Positions 54,165-64,000 of a stretch of 64,000 nt of DNA are shown here, in pieces. The translations under genes and the position numbers were made by a program. The stretch spans positions 58,438 to 122,437 of the forward strand of contig PDIP01000054.1 in NCBI GenBank assembly GCA_002811645.1, read 5' to 3'. Each line of letters opens with the position of its first letter. The first letter of the stretch is position 1. The notes under the pieces are model-generated. The model had not been told where the DNA came from, ran no database searches, and worked only from the letters and a program-made list of their open reading frames with translations. The DNA is from Corallochytrium limacisporum Hawaii (Eukaryota; Protista; Pluriformea).

Positions 54165-56479
54165 TCTTCCCGTGTCTAATGTCAAAAATGAACAGCTGCC
54201 CTCTATATATTACAAGAGTATAACCAATATGGCAATGTCAAACTGGGATTCATGACAACATGATGTATGGGATTTAGTGACCAACTAGAATTTACAATTA
54301 TTGCTCGCGCTAATTCACACACACGGTCTAGAACATAACCCGGTGCTCACTGTACTAACTTGAAATCTGATTGGTAGTCTGTGGCGGGTATTGGCAATGA
54401 AATACCCTTTGGTTGCGCCGGAGGTTCAGGGTGGATAGGAACCCCTGCCACATTAGTGTATAGGGAACTCACTGAGAATTTCAATAGAGAACCGGTGCCG
54501 AGGCGACGTTTTGCCTTTCATACTCAACACATAGCTCGTATGCTAGAGGTTTACCGTGTTCAAGCTTCGACCAGCCCTGTGACCCACTCTAGAGTGTCTG
54601 CGTGACCGAGTAGTTGTGCAGAAGGTAACTTGCATTGTTTGCTTTGGAACCCGAAAGGGCTGGTAGCGCAGCACACCCAATCACCTCTGTCCTCCCTCGC
54701 CAGCCACTCCCGAAAGCAAGCCACTGGTGCCTGGCACTTCGTCGCATCTCAATGAGTAATTGCCCCGGCATTTACGGCTCGGGCCACAGCTGAGATCAGA
54801 GTTCGTATTCGGTGTGCTTCCGAACTATTTCGTCCAAGTCAATGTATCGTAATTTGGTAGTAAATATATGATTCGTTTTCAGAAGAAACCAGATGAAATT
54901 TCCCTTCCGCAGCTGTATATCACGAGATTCTGTTGAGCTACGCGAGGGCATGGTACGCTGTATTCCGCCCAGCACGGGTACACACAACTGGCCTTGGACT
55001 CAAAATCTGCGGGGCTTTCATTGAAGGACATACTCGGCGAAGAGCGTAGCACGATACCACCGGTGGTATCTGCAATTGCGGGCAAGGGGCGTAAAATCAC
55101 GTTCTTCGCTTGGTAAGTGCATTGACACACCCACCATCACGGATATAACGCTGCTCGCGCTTTACCCCACCCCAGTGCAATGGGAATCTCTCAGAGTGGC
55201 CCATGTGAAAAAGCCAATATTCTCTGAATCTCCGCTCTTACAAGTTGCAGCCCACAGGTCGCAACGGATTTGTATATACTGCCGCCCGGCGCCGGGCGAG
55301 TGGTTCCGGTACGCAACTAACGGTGAGGCAAGAGGATCCCCTATGGAGAGAGTAGTGGTCCATAGATTCTGTGCTCGCACTAGACGAGTACATTCATATT
55401 GGCCTCTCTCTGGGTAGCACGTCCTGGGTGATAGTGATCATCTTCGCCTGCACCCCCGTCCCAAAACACAAAGCCATCTATATATCGTACACGGCAGACA
55501 AGTAATAGGGCGAGTGTATTACCGGTTCTATGCCGTTTTGCCGCAGTAATTCATATTGAAAGTACGTCTGGGTTTCCTTCCGGTCTACCACCCGCTACCA
55601 GTTCCCCACAGCCGGCCGGGTCCTTACGAAATGCGGCAACCAGGCCACAGAAACGGATCCACTCAGTTCGGCTGCAAATATCCCGCCCCCCCCCCCGCCC
55701 CCCCTTCCCCTTCACCCTTTAGGTCTGCGCTACAGTTCGTTGTGTTTGGCGATGGCGATGTGAGTCACGAACAGTACCGCACCCAACCTAGCTACCCACC
55801 TTTGGTGGGAGCGAAGAAGCGGGCGGTGCCGGGAAATCAGGGGCCTATTTACTACAAAACATTGCCTGCCAAAGCAAAAACGACTATTTCTCACCGTCGG
55901 TGTCCTGCACCGCTCAATCCGTGCATTCCTCGTTTGAATTTCTTGTTTCCCCCGAAGCAGTCTGGTGTGTGGCAATAGTCAAACCAGTTTAGCGGGAACG
56001 GCAATGAGAACCGGGGTTATGCGGGCCGGTACTGAGTGTGCTGCGCACTTCCACTTAGTGGACACAAAGAATTACAATTTTTCCATACATTCTGTACCAT
56101 TGGTGTCGTTTCTTGGACCAACAGGAACTGGAAGATGGGATCCCTACGCGGACACCACGGGCAACAGGGACTTCGGCCACTTGTGCGCAGGTCAAGGGGG
56201 GCGGCTTAGGGGACAACTGCCAACTTCTTGTCTGACAGTTAGCGGGCCTATATGGCACATCTTTGTGTCCTGCCGTAGCCATCCCATTGGCCACCCGGAG
56301 TCATCAACGGAAAGTAACCTAAGCCAAGGTGTTTCAGGAAAAGAGGATCCCTTGAGTAAATGGAAGAATATCAGGAACGGGGTCAATGCTTGCAGAGATC
56401 GAAACGTAAGAAACTTTCGAGAGGTGTGCCAATACCATGTTCAACTAATGTCCCGGCACAACAGAAGCATCGGACGACG

Positions 56480-56935
56480 ATGGAGGCTCCTCAGCTGCCA
56501 GGAGTAGTCAACAGCGATGTGGAGGACACCACCGCCCTGCCGGGCGAGACTTGCATCCGAGATGACGATGGTGAGACCTCGAGAAAACATCTTCGATACT
56601 ACAACCTCGGGCCCGACGGAATGATTCAAACAGCCTCTCACGAAGCTCTGCGTGATGGTGACCTTTTGGAGTTTGATGATGCATGCCGAGCCAATGTTGA
56701 AAAGCAACTATCCTTCCACTTACTTGAGCAGGTCGAACTCAAGCAAAAGCATGCCAGAGCCGAGGAAGAGCTGGATCTCTAATATCTTGAAGCCCTCCTC
56801 GCGTTGGACACACACCGCGCCCGGTTGGAATGAATACTTAAGGATCGTCAGTGAGCGTCATACCAAGAAAAAGCCTTGGGCAACAGAGCCAACAAGTGGT
56901 ACTATGCAATATTAGGCTCGCATGTGCCCATAGGA
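56480..56935 (+). pseudogene. Probable degraded coiled-coil protein gene, or a 100-aa orphan ORF ending at 56782
   Basis: Acidic protein-like ORF; the helical pattern continues in frame through stops at 56780 (TAA), 56831 (TGA) and 56852 (TGA). Confidence 0.4.
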
Positions 56936-57229
56936 TCCAGTTGTGCGCAAAACACATTTCCGTTCCTCCCTCCACTCACCCGCCCCCCCCCCCGGGGGGC
57001 GGGGGCGGGGTCGCTTTGTTTGTTGCGTAACATGTTTGGTACGTCTGATAGAGTGTGTGGGGCAATACTCAGCCAGGACTCCCCTCAAATTCTCCCCGTG
57101 GATTGCAGTGGCAAGGGAACTGGTGGCCGCAGCTATATGTGGTAAAGGGTAAATACCACAAACGAGAGAAACCAGAATCACAAGGCACAATCGATGTGGT
57201 GCTCCATTTGAAATGGGAAAAGTTCCGAG

Positions 57230-57916
57230 ATGACAAGGCCCGTGCTTCTCTTCGATGTCTACGGCACGTTGATTAATACTCATGGCTTGCTCACAACTCT
57301 ACAGTCATGGTTGGGTGAAGAGGCGGGAAAATCTTTCTCATTGGCCATGCGACGGTATCAGCTAGAGTATAGCTGGCGCAGATCGTTAATGGGTCGGTAC
57401 GAGGACTTTCCAAAAGTGACAAAACACGCAATACTTCACGCCAACAATGAATTACAAGCGGGTCTGTCAACAGATCAGATTCAGCAGCTTGTCGCTGGCT
57501 ACGCCACCTTGCCAGCATTTGAAGATTCCTTAGGAGGTCTGAAAATGATAACAGATGCAGGTTTCCAATGCTACGCCTTTTCCAATGGAACCCAAGCAGC
57601 ACTGGAGAAAATCCTGTCCCACGCCAACGTTCGGCAGTATCTCATCGATGTCATCTCATGTGACGAGATCAAACGGTACAAACCTGATCCTGTGACCTAT
57701 CAGCATGCATGTAGGCGGGTGGGCATGAAAATGTCGCAGACTTGGCTGATCAGCTGTAATAATTTTGACGTACTTGGGGCCATGAACTCAGGACTAAGTA
57801 GCGCGTGGATCCGACGCGACCCAAGTGCGGTGATGGATCCATGGGACATGGAACCAACTTACACCGCACGGGACCTGAGAGATTTCGCCAACCATTTGAT
57901 CTCAGATCATCAATAA
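57230..57916 (+). CDS. L-2-haloacid dehalogenase, HAD type II
   Basis: FDVYGTL, R.YQLEYSWRRSLM.RY.DF, FSNG, YKPDP..Y, SCNNFDVLGA, AWIRR. Confidence 0.93.
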   Translation: MTRPVLLFDVYGTLINTHGLLTTLQSWLGEEAGKSFSLAMRRYQLEYSWRRSLMGRYEDFPKVTKHAILHANNELQAGLSTDQIQQLVAGYATLPAFEDSLGGLKMITDAGFQCYAFSNGTQAALEKILSHANVRQYLIDVISCDEIKRYKPDPVTYQHACRRVGMKMSQTWLISCNNFDVLGAMNSGLSSAWIRRDPSAVMDPWDMEPTYTARDLRDFANHLISDHQ

Positions 57917-58213
57917 TTTAAGAAATGTATAAACACATTTTATCAACAGTGCGGATACTGCATATATATCGTTTGCGGGATTTCTCTAAGCAATGAGGCC
58001 TTATCCGTCCCAACGCGCACAGTTTGCCTCCCGCTCTAGATCGACTGAAGCACGTACGGAAGGGGCTATCGCTATCCGTACGAGCTGAAAGCGTAACTTG
58101 GGGAGCACGTGCCACTGGGGTATTTAAGAAGAAGTGATAAAGAAGGCTCTTTTTGCGAATAAAGTCACAATCGACCTGATCTGAATTATCATGAACCGAG
58201 TACACGTGAGAGA

Positions 58214-59509
58214 ATGGATTGGTCACGGGTCGATGTTCATTCCCTAGTGGAGAAAGTGGCGAAGATATTGGACCCACAAGCTACCGATAACTCTCTGTCT
58301 TCGCAGTTAACCGCGTCAGACCCAGCGAAACATGGGTCGCATTCACTGTCTTATACTCTTCATTTAACATATAGTACAAAACGTGGCCAAAAAATTACCT
58401 ACGATCTCTTCGGAAAGTATACGGACAGCAGGGAGCTCTTTTCCCAGGTGGCAAGCGTTGTGGACAATGAGTATGCACGCGTGCGGATTGAAAGAGCTCT
58501 CAAGTCATACTTGAATGAGGTCAGATTCTTGAATTTTTTACTGCACGGTACTCCACAGACAAGTGATGTGCTTCCTAAAGTAATCGATGTAACAGACCCG
58601 GACGAAATAACTACCGAACACCCGAGCTATGTCTCAATCCTCGAATACTATGATCCAAAACGGTTCAGTCACAAACTGGTACTCAATGAGATGGACGTGA
58701 AGAGATGTTGTAAAGCTCTGTCACAAATGCATGCAATTGATTTCAGTGCTGAGGTAGACCACGGAGAGGAATCACTCTGGCATCGCAGTACCTATTGGTC
58801 CCTCGACAAGAGGCGAATGGAATGTGAGAACTTGGCCACAGAATGGACGGACTTTGTGAACAGGAACAGCGAGAATTTGTCGGAGGTGTCCACAAAGACA
58901 GAGTTGCTGTCCCTAGGCCAATGGGTATATGCTAATGCAGGTGCCTGGGACGCAGAGATCAACGAACGTATCGTTTCAGGACCAAAATGGCGGACCAGTG
59001 GCCATGTCCACGGGGACTTCAAGACTGCCAATTTGCTTTGGGGAACAGCTGCTGGTGATGATGCCAGCTTGCCGCGAATCATTGATTTCCAATGGACGGG
59101 TCGTGGACTCGTGGCCCAAGACCTTATGCATATGATGTTTACCTCTGCAGAGGTGGATCTGCTGGAGGAGGACGGTTTGGATATAGCTTTGACGGAGTAC
59201 ATGCGCTCGACTCTAGAATCATCCTGCATAGATGATCAGAGCCTTGGTCAACTTAGAAATGACTTCCAACTGGTGTTCTTAGACTATTTCCGTTACCTCA
59301 TATCATCCAATGCTTGGCGAGGACTGACTCCGGCCGTTACTGGCTCCAACACAAACAAGATCAATCTGGGCATCCATAAACGCTCCTGGGCACATCTCCG
59401 CCGAACGATTCAATATGCGTGCACACTTTGGCGGTGTCGAACGACACATGCTAATTTACGCAACACAGAGGCTCCACTAAACTCTCATGGGGAAGATTGG
59501 AAGAGATGA
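58214..59509 (+). CDS. EcKinase/APH/choline-kinase-like phosphotransferase
   Basis: SYLNEVRF, L..MHA, Brenner motif HGDFKTANL, IIDFQW, QDL. Confidence 0.85.
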   Translation: MDWSRVDVHSLVEKVAKILDPQATDNSLSSQLTASDPAKHGSHSLSYTLHLTYSTKRGQKITYDLFGKYTDSRELFSQVASVVDNEYARVRIERALKSYLNEVRFLNFLLHGTPQTSDVLPKVIDVTDPDEITTEHPSYVSILEYYDPKRFSHKLVLNEMDVKRCCKALSQMHAIDFSAEVDHGEESLWHRSTYWSLDKRRMECENLATEWTDFVNRNSENLSEVSTKTELLSLGQWVYANAGAWDAEINERIVSGPKWRTSGHVHGDFKTANLLWGTAAGDDASLPRIIDFQWTGRGLVAQDLMHMMFTSAEVDLLEEDGLDIALTEYMRSTLESSCIDDQSLGQLRNDFQLVFLDYFRYLISSNAWRGLTPAVTGSNTNKINLGIHKRSWAHLRRTIQYACTLWRCRTTHANLRNTEAPLNSHGEDWKR

Positions 59510-59586
59510 AAGAAAGAGGTCAGGAAATGAACAAATAGAGACAAACTCGAAGTGAATTGCACAGAATTTATGGCTGTAGAACATAT

Positions 59587-60096
59587 TCACATATGCCTCG
59601 GCCATGATCTTCTTAAATGCTTCTTCGGTGGTATGTCCAAATATTTTTCGTACTCCGGAAAGTTGAGCAAGTCCAACTGACCGGGACTGCGGTGGTCAGA
59701 GGTCGGAAGGAGGTAGGCAATCACGCCAGTAATCGCGGCACTGACCAGAAAATAGAACTGACCAATGTAACCTAAGTCACTCATTGCACCCCCGAGCCAG
59801 TTGGAGAGAATCATGACACAGGCACCACCATTGCTAACTATGCCGACATATATTGTTTGTGTGGGTCTGACACCACTGCGAACATCTCCTAGACCCTTGT
59901 AGTATCCCACACACAAAGCCAAGTATGCCACACCAAGTAGCTTGGTAAAAATGCTCGGTTCCGGCAATCCTAAGATTGAGTGCACGAACGCAGGCAGCGG
60001 CAGAATGAGAGGAATACTCCACGCCACCATGGTGGCCACGATTTTTACCTGCAGGACATCTTCAAGAGAAACTCCCGAAGAATACTGATCAGACAT
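59587..60096 (-). CDS. Small 4-TM membrane protein, bacterial-hypothetical-like
   Basis: Four hydrophobic segments with KIVAT..WSIPL, KLLGVAYLALCVGY, VGIVSNGGAC; bacterial affinity is from recall and unverified. Confidence 0.72.
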   Translation of the reverse strand: MSDQYSSGVSLEDVLQVKIVATMVAWSIPLILPLPAFVHSILGLPEPSIFTKLLGVAYLALCVGYYKGLGDVRSGVRPTQTIYVGIVSNGGACVMILSNWLGGAMSDLGYIGQFYFLVSAAITGVIAYLLPTSDHRSPGQLDLLNFPEYEKYLDIPPKKHLRRSWPRHM

Positions 60097-62177
60097 ATTT
60101 CAACTTGAATTGACGGTCCACTGCGGTACCTATGCACATAGGTACACCCTCACGGAATCAGCGTATACAACGATACGATACTGGTAGACAAAGGGTACTT
60201 CAAATCTAGAGCCATGATGGCAAAAATTAGGCATGTCCTTGTATATCCATATAGCTAGAACGTAGTTCTAAAGACGATTCTATTGGATCAAACAAGCGAA
60301 TGGGACCGCGTCGTACAGTCGTCACAGAACCTTTCCCCCAAACCGTGGTCCACTTAAAAGACTCTGGTTATATAGTGTCACTGAGGATGACTCAACTTTA
60401 TCACCTGAGCTCCCCAACAGGCGCCGGAGAGATCCGAGGACTTTGGGTGCGAGTTTGGGCGCGCGCCGATTTCGCGCATCTGCGCTGGTAATTATACGAA
60501 GCGCAGGGGCAGCAGTATGGAAACTGTCACCGGCCACATCCACAATGAAACAAAAGAGAACCGGAGGTGGGCGAGAGAAATACAGGAAATGAGATGGTAA
60601 GAATTTATGGAAGAAAATCATATCGTGATTCTCCTGCTCAATAGTTGATCTTGACCCTGGACTTTTATTTTGGACTATTGAATGAGTTGGGTGCGCTACA
60701 TCACAACATTCATATTTCCCCAAAGGCATGGACAAGGAATGTACAAAAAAAGGTAAGGCAAGCCAATTCACATCAAATCAAATCCCCACGCCCGCAGTAG
60801 TTCGTATGCAACATATGGCGTAGACGTGATCCAAATACGGTAAGAAGGATGTCCGCCGAGTCCTTCTTGCTTTGGGGATGTTGGCTCCATTTTGAGCCAA
60901 TGGACATGTTCATATCTTTCATGGGTGTCTGTCCTGCGTTCCAGGGATCCATAGTTTCCAATCGACAGTCACTCGTGTCACGCCCATGCCAATCCTTACC
61001 TAGCTGTCGTGGTTCAACGACCATACTTGAGATCGTGTACAATCAGAGCAGCGAAAACCACACATTCAATTGGGATCGTCAGAGCTTATGTGCGATGAAT
61101 AGGACTATTTTCTTAGTATGTTTTAAGTGGTTCTGGACAAGAGTTAGGTGCTGTTTCAATCTTGGCGCGGAGAAATTGTCCATCCAAACCGAATCCGCCC
61201 TCACAACCAATACCTTAAACTCTATTGCAGAGCGGAAATTGATAGCCGGTCCACGATAATTGTCCGCAGATAAATGTTGGTCGCGCCACCAGACCGTAGC
61301 AACCTGGAGGGAGGTGTATACTTCGATGCTTGTTCATAACTGCCCGCACCCATCAATAGCGAAATACCCATTGGGGATTGTGAGCACACTTGAAGGAAGA
61401 CAACAAACCGTTGGGAGACGGTTCATGCCGTATCATCGCTAAACTGAAACCAAGCAAGATGTTTCCGATGAGTTTCCACGCATATCATTCACAAATCACT
61501 TACGTTGAACATCATCTACCTTTATATGGGACTCGGTTGGGCTTGAGCAGACTTTGTTTGCCTCATTTCATCTGTTCTGGTAGTTATGCGCCTGTTGATG
61601 TTGAAATAGATTGAGTGAACCAGAAGTCGTTACACAGCTAAATTAAGAACAAGGTCAATTGGCCATCATGTAACATCCAGAACACTGTGGTCGAAGCCAG
61701 ATATTTACCCTTGTGAGAACGACATAAAGTTTCGATTGGCCTACCGTTATTGGCAATTGAATTGGGTCTGGCTACAGTCCGTGCCCGATTGTTGTGTCCA
61801 CTATTCGTTGGCAATACCCAGCGCTGAGCCCCTTATACAAACCGACACTCTACTTCCAATGCTTTAGAATCAGCAAGTCAAACAAAAAAAGAACCAAGTA
61901 TCAAGAGGACCTAAGAAGGATAGGAAGCAAGGACAAAAAGACACCTACCAAATCGCATAGCGCCTCATGGCAGGGTCCGGTCGGGTTTCCAGTCATACAA
62001 CACAGCAGATATAGTTGAGAGGATGCCAGTACATAGCACAAGAAGGTATTTAAGGAGCAGAGTGTTGATGGATAACAGATCACTCACACTGCTCTAGTCA
62101 TATTGAACTCTACCATAGCCTAGTGCTTTTCGACACTACTGTAGCCCAAAAAATCATCAACCTGACCATTATTCAAC

Positions 62178-62582
62178 ATGATGCCAATCGGTCTTGCAGT
62201 CCTTGCTGTCACCATTGGAGTGACAACTGTATCTCCAGTTGGATGTGTACCTAACCAGCCTTGTACCATCTCGTCCGAGTGCTGTAATGACAATGAAACA
62301 TGCACTAAGGATCCTGAAGGGGAAGGCTTTGTCTGCTGGTTCATTCCCCACGGCTGGAAGCGTATCAACGGCGCATGCGGAAATAACTCCCAGTGCGCTT
62401 CAGGTAACTGTCAGAATGGCTACTGCGCACCACTTGACAACATGAAGGCCGATGGTGAGGAATGTAATTTTGACTTCGATTGCCGAGGAGGTTGGTGTTC
62501 ACTTGATGTCGATTCCGACCAGGGATACTGCACGGACCGATGCCTTTCTGCCGATCCTCCCAAGTGGAAGAGCTGTCATTAG
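62178..62582 (+). CDS. Secreted cysteine-rich protein (16 Cys; knottin-like module plus two 4-Cys modules)
   Basis: Hydrophobic N-terminus, C-x5-C-x5-CC-x5-C-x10-C, then two C-x5-C-x4-C-xn-C repeats. Confidence 0.82.
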   Translation: MMPIGLAVLAVTIGVTTVSPVGCVPNQPCTISSECCNDNETCTKDPEGEGFVCWFIPHGWKRINGACGNNSQCASGNCQNGYCAPLDNMKADGEECNFDFDCRGGWCSLDVDSDQGYCTDRCLSADPPKWKSCH

Positions 62583-64000
62583 GGAATCGGGGAGAAGGCA
62601 CTAAGTGCCTAAGGCCAGAAAGAACTCTTGAGAGCGTGATGTAAAGTAGGCACCGGGTATTGTCTCAGGTGCAAGTACTTGTGCGGTGTCCACTACCACC
62701 GATACACTGTGGCAGATCACAGTAGGTAAAAAAAGCACCGCAATTAAAGATTACCATGCTCTAATGTATAGATCAACATCAAATTCTGGCATTTCTCAGA
62801 TTCGCAGCAATATTGATGTATATCACAGGGAACGATAGAGACTGCTCTGTAGCTTCACGGTGCTGGGAAGTCGGGAATTTCGCATTGAATCTCTTCCTCG
62901 CTAAGTACGGCGGTCAAAATGCCCGGCACTTGCTTGTATGGCATCAGTACCTCGCTACGATGTCGCTGGGCCGAGGGAGGCACACCGGAGTGTCTCAGGC
63001 CCGGCGGTGGACAAATTGTAAGGGAGTTCAGGAGCCTAGGAATACAGAAATGTTAAGTTAGAGTAATCATGGACAACGGCCAACACAGAGGGGCTTATGT
63101 TCTGTTGCGCATCGAAATGCTCGTCCCACTCATTAACCATTCTCATCCGTTCGAACAATATGGTAGTGTGCTGCGAATTTGACACCTGTCAGAAATTTAT
63201 TCTTCCACCACCAGTGTAGAGCTGCAAGGGTTACATCACCACCATGATGAGCGTTTCAAGCCTGAAAGTTTGAGGCTCTGGTTAAGATATACCGTGGTAC
63301 TCCACAAATCCTGGACGTTGTCCGCCAAATATTTGTGCAGAGGGCGCTTGCAGACATCACCATTAATTGCTGCCAAGTATGCTACCAGACACCTGGATGT
63401 GGTGCGTTGCTGGCATAGGTCTACGTATAGCCGGGTGTATCCGACAAACAATAATTTTCAGTGGCGGAATACACGGCGGACCCCAGCTCCGTATTTTTTT
63501 AACCGACGGTCGGGCTGGAAAGCCGGCGACAAAAGATATAGGATTGCCCCGACCCCTGTACAATATACCAGAGAGTCGTCGCATCGTCAACTGGTAGCGA
63601 GACCACAGACTAGTACTCTTTCGGAGACAACCCGTTGTCTGACAACTGCAGTCCAAATATTCCTCTATAACAACTGCATTTGAATATATTTACCACATAC
63701 CAACATACAGTTATTGCCACTGGGCGTAACAAAAAATCAATGCACTTTGCGGTTTAGGTCTCACCACTCTTGAGGAGGGGGTTTTTCCAAGGCGCCGGAT
63801 TCCCGAAGGTAACGGGTGTGGGCTAGTACTGGAGGTGAGCACGGTCTAATATACTGACGCGAAGCCAAATTACAGCGACTAAAGGGAGTGAGAGATGTAT
63901 AGGAATCTTAGACATGAGCCAACTATTGTGTGGCTTCTACGATTCATAATTCTATCGGAAAATTGCAAACAGTTTCGCCACTCTGTGGTATTGTCTGGTG

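Noticed and set aside
54415-54830. RNase P RNA-like words (AGAGAAC, TTGGAAC, TCAATG)
   Set aside because: CR-I lacks the invariant GGAA, P10/11 does not pair and the spacing is off; Infernal would settle it.
60126-60145. 9-bp inverted repeat GTACCTATG-CA-CATAGGTAC 30 bp upstream of the 4-TM gene, operator-like
   Set aside because: About one such repeat is expected by chance in 64 kb; same for 13393-13407, 26859-26879 and 62597-62611.
63236-63683. Short ORFs including a CCQVCYQTPGC PAN-like word and an AAINGDV ankyrin-like word
   Set aside because: No start codon or extended similarity; cannot be separated from chance.
1-64000. Transposons, CRISPR arrays, rRNA, snRNA, telomeric arrays, alternative genetic code
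   Set aside because: No transposase, RT, terminal repeats or signature RNA motifs seen; genes end in TAA, TAG and TGA at expected C-termini.

Overview
Eukaryotic nuclear DNA, standard genetic code, about 21 protein-coding genes (roughly one per 3 kb), each readable as a single uninterrupted ORF. The gene set mixes animal-type proteins (syntenin, B3GALT6, CPT1 with the MAEAxQAV N-terminus, TMEM135) with a fungal-type one (Rtt106) and universal ones (NDR kinase, CAX, PPAN, AP-1 gamma, RBM28, YKT6, PI4KB). This points to an intron-poor unicellular holozoan; Corallochytrium-like is an inference. The most striking non-coding structure is a set of sharply bounded intergenic islands (most 0.5-1.6 kb) rich in homopolymers and microsatellites. 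They lie upstream of most genes, are strongly depleted of ApT, carry a recurring C(n)G(n) palindrome (12 copies) and a GGGAGTCTAHTT motif (4 copies), and contain all four assembly gaps. The most unusual protein is a polytopic membrane protein fused to an AT-hook/histone-H1-like tail (30386-31729). The right end (about 56-64 kb) looks accessory: a stop-interrupted coiled-coil relic, bacterial-like genes and a secreted knottin-like protein. All counts were made by eye and need computational confirmation.
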